Shown piece after piece: positions 1-12,500 of a DNA stretch of 64,000 nucleotides; position 1 is the stretch's first letter, and every line of letters starts with the position of its first letter. The DNA is from Lama guanicoe (taxonomy: Eukaryota). The notes under the pieces are model-generated. The model ran no database searches. It was not told the origin of the DNA and saw nothing but the letters and a program-made list of their open reading frames with translations. A program made the translations under genes and the position numbers. The stretch spans positions 6,236,270 through 6,300,269 of the forward strand of contig MU054212.1 in NCBI GenBank assembly GCA_013239625.1. Direction: 5' to 3'.

Positions 1-532
1 CATTTTTTTTTTAAACATTTGCTGTTGTCTTTGAAGGCAGAGTCTTGAGAGAAATACAAAAGTAAACCATGGTTCATGAGGTCTTCAATAATATTTAAAA
101 TGATTATAAATATTATTATACACTACAATAATAGATTATAAATTACAATAATATTTCAAGGTTGAGAATAAATTATTAGGTCTTTCAAACACAAAGCCAC
201 GAATCCGTTAGAAAATCAAGTTTAAAGGGATGACTTACTTGAAGGTTTGAGTCTTAGGTTCTGCCTTCTTTTCAAATCTGTGAATTTGGTTTTTTGTTTC
301 TTCGAATTCATACAACAGGGTTTCATTTTTTTAATATGAAGTGAGAAGACCCTTGGATCAAAAAGTTATCTTAGACTCCAACTCAGCTCTCTTGAATATA
401 TGCCAGGAAGTAACCCATAATATTAATGAAAAAAAGAATCCCCCTCAAATGGTTAGATATAAATTGGAACCAATAAGAACATTTATGTCATGGGCATCTT
501 AATAATTTTCTTTTCATGTGTTTGTTTCCCAG

Positions 533-551
533 CCAACTCCGGAAAACTTTG
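533..551 (+). CDS. MEP1B: MEP1B exon 2 (PTPENF), 19-nt microexon
   Basis: tttcccag|CCAACTCCGGAAAACTTTG|gtgagt; matches TPENF after the signal peptide. Confidence 0.9.
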
Positions 552-3500
552 GTGAGTATACTTTGAGTTTTGCCCTATGTCATAGTGAAAGAAAGTTACA
601 TGAACAGTAGAACAACAGAACAGAAGAACTTAGGATACATTTAACGCTAAGCACAATGTATAATTGCGTAATTGCATTGAACTTTGATCAAACACTGGCT
701 TCTTTCGATTTCTCGAGGAGTGTTTTATTGTTTCTGCCCTAGGATTCCACATACTCAGCAAAAAAACAATAGATGGCGGTGTAAGTCCAAACACAGTGAC
801 TGACACGTTGGCCTCCTATAAATGCCTATTATTATTATTTTTTGCTATTTTGTGCCAAATCAGATGGACCTGATGTCTGTCCTATTCAGTTGTTCATTTA
901 GAGACTTGGCCATATTATCTACCCCTTTGCAATTTAAAAGAGTAACTCAAATATAGATGAGGAATTTTCCTTGAGATTTCCAAGGTACGCTATTAGCAAG
1001 GGATATACATATATGGGTAGATCAGGCTAGTTTAACCAGATTTAAATATTTTCTTCTTATTTAATCTAGTCTTTCAAATTAATCTTAATATTATATGGGG
1101 TGATCAATTTCTTATCCCTGAAGTCATTTGGCATTCAAGGGACATGGATAAAACAAGAGAATATATGCAAAAGTCCCAGAGACCCATGCCTGGCTTATGG
1201 GAGGTGCTCAATCAGTCAATCGATCGATTGGTCGATTGATCAATCAATCAGTGTATATTGAATTAGAACCTGGTACTCACTTATCTGAGGCAAAAGAACT
1301 TTGCTTACTTCTAATCAGTAATTGATAAAGATTTCCTTCTTGCACAAACACAATGTTCAATGTGTTTTTCTTTGTTATTTTTATTAAAGATATAGATGGT
1401 GGAATGGACCGGGATATATTTGATATCAATGAAGGTTTGTGGATTTTTTTTTACATTCTTTATTAAGTGGGAAGATTGAATGCAGTTCGCTAATATGAAT
1501 TTTTACCTTCCCTCTCAGAGCTGGGACTGGATCTTTTTGAGGGAGACATCAGCCTTGATGAGGTGAGTTGAAATAATGCAAGGAAGAACTTTCTATTAAA
1601 GATTGCAAGTGAAAATACAGAGTATCTGAAAATGATCAGACAGCATGGGCTTTCTTAAGCTCAACTGTCTCTAAGGGTGTAGAATCCTGGTTGACACATT
1701 TATTCAATGAGTACATTATACACTAAGGGACTCATATAATAGGGTCTTCACCAGCCATTACTCAGATGTCTGTGTGGTTAAAGCCATTGTCACTCACCTT
1801 GTAGGCTTTGGTCTTACTGATCTGGTTGATTTCCATTATTGGAACAATATGGTATTCTCATTTTTAGATAGAACCTCACTGATTAAATCTACTTGAAGCA
1901 AAATTAAACTGAATTTGCAAATTCAGCGAATCCGGGTTTTCACCATAAGAGAGAGATTTTGTGACTTCTATCCTGACAGCTGAAAATAGTGTTGCCAAGT
2001 AAAGATTGTCCCAAACTATTCATAAAGAGTACCGGTTCTTACCTAGCCATCGTGGCATGCAGGTGAACACAGGTACGTTTCATATAGCTTAAATGAGCTT
2101 AAACACCTCTAAACCCCTGCTGTGAACTTCAACTCAAGAAACAAAACTGCACTGTCAGAGGTTTAGTCCTAGGTCTGTTCTTCTCTCCTTCTTTTAAAAA
2201 ATTTTTATTTATTTATTTTTTTACTGAAATATGGTTGATTTACAGTGTTGTGTTCATTTCTGATATACAGCATAATGATTCAGTTACACATATATATATA
2301 TTCTTTTTCATATTCTTTTTTATTATAAGTAGTTATAAGATGTTGAATGTAGTTTCCTGTGTGACACAAAAGGACCTTGTTGTTTATCTATTTTATATCT
2401 AGTAGTTTGTATCAGCCAATCCCAAACTCCTAATTTACCCTTCCCCCGACCCTCTTTCCCTTTTGGTAACCATAAGTTTATTTTCCATGTTGGTGAGTCT
2501 GTTTCTGTTTTGTAAATAAGTTCTTTTGTATAATTTTTTACATTCCACATATAACTGATATCATATAATATTTGTTTTTCTCTGTCTGACTTACTTTACT
2601 TAGTATGATCATCTTTAGGTCCATCCACATTGCTGCAAATGGCATGATTTCGTTCTTTTTTATGCCTGAGTAATATTCCATTGTGAATATAAATATATAT
2701 ATAAAACAATTTTTTTATCCAGTCACCTATCAATGGACATCTAGGTTCTCGCATGTACTGGCTACTGTAACTAGTGCTGTTATGAACATCTCTTTCTGAT
2801 CCTACCTTGTGCCAGGGCTTTAAATATCATCTCTATACTGATGACTCCAAAAGTGGAACTCGGAGCTCCCGGCTGGTCTAGCCCGATGCCAGTCTGTTAG
2901 TTTCATTGGAATGTTGATGAGATACCTCAAGTATAACGTGTCCACAACTGAGGCAATGCCACCGTTTCACTTCTTGGCTTGAAGCTCTTCAACAGCTTCC
3001 TACTGCATTTGGAATAATATCCAGATTTACCCTCAGCCTTCAAGACCTTGCACCATTTAACTCCTGCCTACCTCTCCTCCCATGTCCTCTCTCCTTTTAT
3101 GTCATCTCTGTTCTCTCCCAACTCACGAGGCCACTGCCTCAAAACATGCTCAAAACAGACCACGCATAGTCCCACCTCAGAGGTGAACAACTGCTGATTT
3201 TCTGTCTGGAATGGCCCTTCCAGGGCCCCTTTCAGTCCTGACTCTTTCTTATCGCTCCCATTTCGCTTTATTTATTTATGTATTTATTTTTGTATGAAAG
3301 GTTTTTATTTTCCATTTTAATTTCCATTAGAAAGACTATTTCTTTTTTTTCAATTCTCAAATTTTAAATTTCTCTCTTTCTATATTTTTACTGAAGTGTA
3401 GTCAGTTTACAATGTTGTGTCAATTTCTGGTGCACAGCACAATGCTTTACAGTCATACATGAACATACGTATATTTGTTTTCATAGTCTTTTTCACCATG

Positions 3501-6500
3501 TTACTACAAGATATTGAATATACCATTTCACTTTAAATGTCATCTTTCAGAGTCCTGTCCTGACCCCTTGATCTAATGCACTCCCCCGTCCCTTTATTCT
3601 TGCCCACATCTCCCTTTTTAAATTTCCTCTACTATTATTACAGGTATTCTGTTTAATCGTATTTGCTTCTTGCATGCTGTTTGTCTCTTCCACTACAGAT
3701 GAGCTCCAGGAAAGTACAGGCCTTGGTCCTTTTGTTAGCAGTGGCTCTCTGTTCTCCTGAACAGTGTTCATTGCATTGGCTGGATGAATGCATTAATGAA
3801 ATATTACTAGTTTTCTATTATACAAATTTCAAATACTTAAAACATTTTTGAAACCTTTGGCCTAGCTCATGTGTGATTTTTTCGGATGTTATGAGATCAA
3901 GGTCACTGAGGTTTGGTATCACTTTCTTCTTGTATATTTTCTACCATGTCTATAGTTCAGTTTTCCAACAGTCATTCTTCACATGATTCTGCATGATTCC
4001 TTCTTCAACGTTAGCAACAAAATTAATGATAGAAATTAGTGATTTCCTCACAAAACCTTTGTTATAATATAAAAGTAGGGGTACGCAATGTGTACGTGGA
4101 TGCACACATGCTGGCTGGGAGAGCTTTAAACTTCCTTGATTTCTAGATTAACTATTGATTGTTTCATAAAGTTTTGCCTGATTCATTCAGGTAACCCTTT
4201 CTCATATGTTTTTGACAGGTGCAAGAAAGAAATTCCATCATTGGAGAAAACTACAGGTGGCCTCATACTATTCCATATGTCCTGGATGACAGCTTGGGTT
4301 TGTATGCACTTTGGAATATCCTCAACTCGTGTATGTCCTGACAGAATGTGATGACAGTCTTTCCAAGGGTAGACTCATACGGTCTCTAAGGGTTTCATTT
4401 GTTTGTTGCTTTGTGTGGCTATGTACACTTCCTTAAAAAAAAAAAAAGCAAAATGAACAATGAAAAGGATCTAAATTATTTCGTCTGAAATATTTGCTGA
4501 GTTTTGACCAATAAAGGGATTAATTCAACCAACATTTACGGGAGAGAGCCCACTCTGTATTGGATGCATGGGACATAAAGATTACGGAGCTAGCCTTTAT
4601 TTTAAAGCAGTAATTTCACATATTTTCAGATTTTACATATGAGGTAAAAACATAAAACAACCAAACAAAACTTTAGAAACTGGCGTTGTTTTACTAGCAT
4701 TTTACTTTACCAAGTCAGGAACTTAAACAAGAACCCATTATCTTTTATCATCTTCTTTTCATAGAATAAATGATCTTTTTAATCCTAAAAAGTCAGAAAA
4801 ATCTCTTCCAAAAGAAAGGACAGCTTTCCTATATTAGGAATTTTTTGTAACAGAAAACTCTAAATATGGCCCTCGTTTTACCTGTGGATTGACAGAAACG
4901 ATATCACTGACCAACAGTTCAATCCCCAGAACCTCTGTTATAAATAATAAGTAAAAAAAATGAATAAACCAAATTACCTCCCCCAGCCACCCAAAATAAA
5001 ATTAAAAATTTAATTTAAAAATCTAATTATAATAGAATTATATAAACGATAAGATTCATGATATGTTCAAAGAGCTATGGGAGCGTGGTGGAGGACACTT
5101 AACTCAGCCTAGATATAAAGTCACATGCATTAGGGAGCAGGGGATACTCTACAGTAGGGCTTCCATGAAGGCTGTGTAAGTTGTATTCCACACATAGGTG
5201 CCTGGGAGGGGGACAAGTGGGACTGAAATGAAGTTTGCATTCTGTTCGTCAGGAGACATTCATTTCTTTGCATGAAGTTCTATTCATCCACCTGCCAAGC
5301 CAGCACTTGCAGCGTCTGCCAGATGAGGTGGCTCTTTCTGATTCACAGAAAGGTACCATGTGGGCTAGTGCAGCCTCGGACAGCAGGGGAAGGGTGCTCT
5401 AGGCAGAGGGATCGCTATGTGCAAAGGCTAGGGGAAGGGAGAAACCCTCTGGCTGGACTTAGGTTGAGAGTGAGGAGATAATGAAGTTGAACAGGCAGGC
5501 AGAATCCAGACTGGGAAAGACTCGAGTGTTTCCCATGTTAAAGAACTTGGTGTGTATACGGGTGGTAATGTGGAGCCGCCAAAGGTTTTAATGCAGAAAT
5601 GGCATTGCTACCCCTCTGGCTGCAGTACAGAAGATGTGCTACCAGTGGGGCAACAAGAAAGCAGGGAGATCAGTTAGACTCTTGAAGAAATTCAGGGAAG
5701 GACTGAAGAGTTTCTGAACCAAGGCTTTCTCAGTGAGGACAGACAGAGTGGGTAATGCTAAAAGAGACCCAGGAGGCGATTAGATTTGGTGATTGACTGC
5801 AAGAGGTCAGGAAGAAGGTGGGTCTGGGGAAAGAGCTGCTAGCGCCCAAGGTTCTGTCTTAGACAAATGGGTGGACGGTAGTGCCTTTAACAGGAACAGG
5901 GGATGTGTCTGGAAGAGGAGGGGTTAGAGAAGTGTGTGCCATGCAGAATTTGAAATGCAGCAAGCTCACTGTGGCAGGAATATATAAGAGCTTGGTGTCT
6001 GGTCTGGTCATTCACAATGGAGAAATCTAACAGGGAGTTATTCAAGGTATAGGAGATGGTTAAAGCCATGGGTACGAATGAACTTCTCACTCAGTGCCTT
6101 GCACATAACAGGTGATCCATAGATCAGCTTTATTTTCATGCTGTGTTCCATGAAAGATCAGAGATCACTGTTACTCAGATTCTGGTGAGCCAACATGTGA
6201 AATTCCACCAGCAGGACTTTAGACTTTTAGCTTAAGCCTTGGGTGTCATTTGGCTGTTAGATGCAACCTACCTGAGAGGTGTAACACTAGAAGTGGCCAT
6301 AATAGCTTCCTGTGAATGAATTACAATTCTTTGCCTGGGAGCTGGATTTGAGGTGAGGGATGGGGAGAGGAGGAAAGGGATAAAGGCACAGTGAGAGATT
6401 AACAATGGTAATTAATAAAATAGAAAAATTATGACAATAAACTGTAATTAAAGTTATGTGAAGGTGGTCTCTCTCTCAGAATATCTTACTGTACTATACT

Positions 6501-9500
6501 CACCCCTTTCCCTGTGATGATATGAGACGATAAAATGCCCACATCATGAACTCAAATGAGGTGAATGACGTAGGCATTGGGACGTAAAGCGTTAGGACTA
6601 CACTGACCTGACGATGTGTCAGGAGAGGGACCATCTGCTTCAGGTGACACCGGGTCATGGAGCCGTGACAGTGTTGATGGTTGGGTATGAGGAGCAGAAT
6701 ACAGATGTTCACGGTTGGCTGTCCCTGGTGGGATGAATCAGGATGGCATGAGATTTCATCAGGCTGCTGAGAACAGTGTGCGACTAAATAATTATGAATC
6801 GTTTATTTCTGGAGTTTTCCATTTAATACTTCTGACCTCGGTGACTGTGAGTAATTGAATCTGCACAAAGTGAAACCACAGATAAGGGGGACTACGGTCC
6901 TGGGGACTTCACCTCTACTTTCTCTGCTTCTCACAACATCCCTGCAAAGTTGATCTCCATTCCCCATGCAATGGATCTGATGATAATACTAAAGCTCCAA
7001 AGGTGACTTAAATTGGCAAAGGTTGTACAACAAAAGTAAGTGGTGAGGACAGGGGAGAACTTAGGTGTGTCTGGTTCCAAAGGCCACGCACCTTCTTCTG
7101 TGCCATACTGTCTCCCACCATCCTTCACTTCACGGATACCTGACCGCATTTGTGACCGTCTTTCCACGGGCATCTGATACAGCCCCTTCCTCTAGAGGTC
7201 GCTCTCTGAGCCTCTTTTCCTGCATGTCTCTGTTGCTCTCATGCCTCTGCCTTCTTTGAGCCCCAGGTCTATCTAACCTGTTAGCATCACTCAATTTCAA
7301 AGCAATGATTCTTATTCCCACATTGGACCCCGAACTCACTTGCAAATCTTATGAACGCTCTCCCCAGAAAATGCACTCTGTAGGGATAGATACAGACATA
7401 GCACTGTGTATACTATTTTAGCCCATTCAAGGGCCCTCTCATCTCAAGGTCCTCAGACTGAGAACTCTACTGTGAGCTTCTTAGGTGAAGCTGACTAGCT
7501 GACTATTAATAATGGGAAAGCTTGGATGTTTTGATGTTCATTTTGGTTGCTGTAAACCAATATATTTGTTCTCTGAGGTAGGGAAACCCCCTTTGGCTGT
7601 TTGGAAATGCGCCTCTAATGGCTCTGAAGAAATAAATACGGAGGAAGTAAAACATCTAAAGAACGACTTGCACGTGATACTTAATTGGTGCTGAATACTA
7701 CATTTTATAAAAATAAAACACTAAGCATTCATGAAGAGACTGACTCATAATAAACAAGATACGGCATGGCCTGTTTCCATGGTGAATTGTTCAATGGTGA
7801 GAATTTTAATGAGTGTATTTGTGTTTGCTTTCTTCCTTCAGGAATGAACGCCAAGGGAGTTATCCTCAAAGCGTTTGAACGCTATCGCCTGAAAACATGC
7901 ATTGACTTCAAGCCTTGGTCTGGAGAAGCCAACTATGTATCAGTGTACAACGGCAGCGGGTAAGGGGAAGAGTCGTCTTCTGTGTCCCGATGAGACCTGT
8001 TGAGGCCGGGGCATCATAGCCCAGCAACTGCCTTAGACCCTGACCCTGAGGGGAGTGAGGGCTTCCATGGCTGTTTGCTGCATCTAGTTTCTTTAGCCAT
8101 AAAACAGAGTATTTTCACACATGCAACCAGACTGCCAATGGTAAGACAAGGAGGGCGGGTTCACGTGCCATCCATCCCACAACTCTGTGAACTTCAGCCT
8201 GTCTGTAGTTTACAGACTCCTTGTTTCAAGTAAAGCATGAGTGCACACGCATGCGCGTGAATGTATTTAGATTTATTTTAATGTCAGAACTCCGACTACT
8301 TGCGTTAAGGAGATGATGGTTATTTGACTCAAGTTTAGCAATTCTGAGTGGTTGCCGTATCTCTAAGACTCTTATTAATGTTCATCAGCATACCAAGGCC
8401 ATATGGAAACTTTTGAAATTTCCAGAAAAAAATCAGGACCTGGCTGACTGGAGGATGACTTACACCTCTGTAATGTTTGGTGTCAGCCCACGTTCTCCAA
8501 AGATCATCTGGTCTGGAAGGTTGTTTTCATACCTCACCGGGGTTATGAGAGAAATGCATGGTGTCCAGACATAAGTGAAGGATCTAGGTGCTAACTCAGT
8601 GAATTAGGCTTTAGGGATTTTGCGCAAAGACCTCAACCTGCATCATTGTAATCCCTTCTCCCCCTTCTCCTGTAAACTCTCCTGGAAGCTGCTCGTCTTC
8701 AGTGGGAAATCAGCGTGTTGGGATGCAAAAACTCTCCATCGGGAAGAACTGTGACAAAATTGGAACAGTTCAACATGAGTTTCTCCACGCGCTGGGATTC
8801 TGGCATGAACAGTCGCGTTCTGATCGGGATGACTACGTCAGCATAATTTGGGACAGAATTATGACAAGTACACTTCTCTTGTTTTCTTACACTGTTGTTA
8901 GGTTTAAATACTGAATTTCTAAACACGTGCCCTCTTCTGCCATCTGCGCCGACTCTTACTAGTGGGAAAACGCTGATGTTTTGATGCCTTACTTCTGTTG
9001 GCTCTAACTCAGTGTAAGTTGAAGTGCCTGAAGGTTGCTGGGGTGTTCCAGAGCCCCAGTGGGAGCTGGAGGTGAGCTTACAAACCAGTGTTTCCCAGAG
9101 AATGATTTGTGGAGCTCCATCCCACAGTTTGTTCACAGATGTTGTGTGGAAAGGAATCCATGGTCAAATCAGTTTGAGAAATCCTAGGTTAAAAGAAATT
9201 AGCATTATTTACACTGCTGTACCATTTGACGCCTTTGCTAGACTAATGTGAATTGTGAATCTGCAAGAAGAGGAACATTTCCCAATGTGACTTGATCATG
9301 GTCTTTTTTTTTCCCCCTTTTTGTAGAGTAATGAGATTTGTTGTTCCATAGAGCTCATATTGAGAAACACTGCAGTGGCTGGAGGGCTCCAAACTCTTTG
9401 TGACTTTGTGCTCCAAGTCAGAAAGGTTTTAATAACCATGTTTTGCGTATTTTTTCCACAGAGACACTTAGCTTCCCCATCTCTCCTGCCTCTGCAGGGT

Positions 9501-12500
9501 CTGGGGGAGGAGGCGTGGCATGGTTGTCATGGGAGGGCTGCTAGGTGCGGAGGCCCCCTGACGTCACAAGCTTAACAGCGCTGCTCATGCCCCTTACCTG
9601 CCCCCACCCCCGCCCACACTCAGTCTGGTGATGTCAGCTGGGGTGAAGCTCTGAAGCAGACTAAAAGATTTCTAGAACAAGAGAAATATTTAGCTTTAAA
9701 CTCACTCTTTAGACGTCCCAACGTCTTATTTTTGTTAGAAACTTCTGCCTAGATTTGATAACTCATCGATATGCTTTAACAATCAAATACACCTTACTGT
9801 GTCCACAAAAATCATTCGATTTCAAATTGCAACCAGTTGCCCATTAGTATGAGGCTCAATGGTCAGGAATCTTCTCTGAATGTCTTTACTTACATACATC
9901 TACATATACTCCAGTAACCATGAAATCGCTGATGGTGTCAATCCTTTCTAATGACTGTATGTGTATGTATGACAATGAAAAAACTCACTCTTACTGTCAG
10001 TGGTTCCCTGGTCCCATCCCACCACATCTGCCAAGGTCCTCTTGCCTTCATCTCCATCTGCTGTGGATGCCCCCACCTTCCATCACTGCCTACCAATGAC
10101 CGTGACTATTTCAACAACACCTTTTAGAATTCTTCTCTCCATTAGCAGTTCTTAGAACCTTCGGCCAAATTCTAAAGTCCAACTTCGGGCTGTAATGAAA
10201 CCTTAGATAAGTTTAGCATGACGGCTGGTATCACAATTCTAAGCTTGAATATTACAACTAAGATAGAAATGTATGACACACTCTTGAAATACCATAGCTC
10301 ATTGGTAGCAAGTTTGCACTATAGTTAGTATAGTCTTTATTTCTAAATTAAGAGGTCTTGATGTTAAATAAACTAAATTTTGTGAACCTCAAGTAATTAG
10401 AGATTTTTTTCTATCATTTAGACAGAAAACACAATTTTATCATCCGTAATGACCAAGAATCGGACTTCCTGAATGTTCCCTACGATTACAATTCAGTAAT
10501 GCACTACAGTAAAACTGCCTTCAAAAATGGATCAGAGCCAACAATTGTAACGAGAATCCCGGACTTCATGGATGTGATCGGCCAACGAATGGACTTCAGT
10601 GACTCGGATATCTTAAAGTTGAATCGACTGTATAACTGTAGTATGTAACAATGACTTCTTTGAAATGACTTCTGTTTCTCTATGCTATGTGGGAAGAAAT
10701 TCTGCTCTGTGCCATTTTTGCCTAGCCTTGCTGGGTTTTCTGAAATTATAGGTTCATCATCATAGTTTGATATTCAGGAAAAAATAAAAACAATGCAGAA
10801 TCACACCTGATTCCAATCTATGACAGGGATTTTTCTTACAAGGTCTGGCCTTTAGATATACAAACAGATTGAGTCCTGTAGCTCCATGCCCATTCAAACT
10901 TTTGAAGCTATTACTAATTCACCCAAAATAAGGGGTACAGTTGTAATATAAATGGGATCAGATAATCTGGGTTGTGGTTTACTAGTCTGAATCACTGTGT
11001 AAACTTAGGTGTCAATAATTAATTTGTTTAAAAAAAAAAGACCTGGGGCAGGCAGCTTATTCAGAGCTACAGAGCTGATCAGTGTCTTGGCTCTGCAGGT
11101 ATCAAGAGGTCTTCAAGCCACCGCCACCCAGAATCAGCGAGGTGTTCCCTGTATTGTCAGCTTGGAATTCCCAGTTCCTCTAGATGAGCTCCGTTTTTAT
11201 TACTTCGATTATCATGCTTTTATCTAGAACGTCGATAATTGTATTTTTGCTTTCGCAGCCTCTTCCCTGAGCTTTATGGACTCGTGTGATTTTGAACTGG
11301 AAAATGTGTGTGGTATGATTCAAAGTTCAGAAGATACTGCTGACTGGCGAAGGGTCTCAGAGGCTCCCGGGGGCCCAGAGAGTGATTATTCCAACATGGG
11401 CCAGTGCAAAGGTAACAGGAATGACATACTTCCAGATCCTACCGTCAGTGGCTCTGGTGTTTTGTTTTCCCTGTGAAATACTGGGATGTTAGTGCTCATT
11501 TCTATCAGAAGTATTAAGGTTAACCCATCCGGCGCTACTCAGGAATCGGTTCTGCGTGTTAGAAGGATGTGGTTCATTTCTCTGCTTTTACTCTCTGAGT
11601 TTGCTTTTTCCCTACACATCAGAACTGGGCTGCGTGAAGCCTCCACCCGTCGTAGGTGCCCACAGCAGGAGGGGGCTGCCCCTCCCTGAAGGACTCTTAT
11701 CTCTGGAGCAGTGGGGTGGTTTTCTGGAAGCTTGTGGAATCCCAGAGACTTGCCAGTGAACAGCACCAGGCTGTGACTCAATCAGTTTCAGAACTTCAGC
11801 TGGTTGCTCTTGTCACAAAAATGCTTAAAAAGGAAGGTAGAAAGTACAATTTATTTAATTTTATTCAGAGGAGTATTCTTTTCCATTGAAATTTTGTTTT
11901 GAATTAAATAGTCATCTATTTTGCTACGAGGGCCAAATGTTTATTTATATGCACATTTGTGGCAGCAAATATGTAAAACAGGACTTCAGAAATCAGGGCT
12001 TTTGATTGGCAGCTCAGATGGTCTGGGCAGGGGCTGAGGTCTCTAATAGCAAGGAGGTGAGATTTTCCTTTTTCATTTTTTGAGGGGTTGAGAGGACAGG
12101 ACAGATGTTTAAAAGTACAAACTTGCAACAAGTATAAATAAGCCCTAGAGATCTAATGTACAGCACAGTGAATATAGACAACAATACTGTATTATAATCA
12201 TCAAACTTGCTAAGAGACTAGATTTAATTAATCCCACTGACAAAAGAAATAATTATGTAACGTGATAGAAATGCAAATCATTATTACAACGACAATCATG
12301 TCATTATATACATGTATCAAATGAACCTGTTACGTACCTTAAGTTTGCACAGTGGTACATGCCACATATATTTCAATAAAATATATTTTTTAAATGTAGA
12401 TTTGAGTAGGGGATTGTGGTCGTGAAGGAAGGAGGAAAGGCTGGAGGGAGGGAGGGAGGGGAGACAGAAAGAGAGAGAGGGAGAGGATAGACAGGTGACA

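Noticed and set aside
1208..1252. Palindrome caatcgatcgattg within a (TCAA)n-like run
   Set aside because: Decayed simple-repeat tail of an old L2/MIR-type element.
2323..2550. ORF resembling database 'hypothetical proteins' (also 21655-21876, 24529-24819, 25172-25381, 34581-34841)
   Set aside because: Translations of L1 or SINE remnants.
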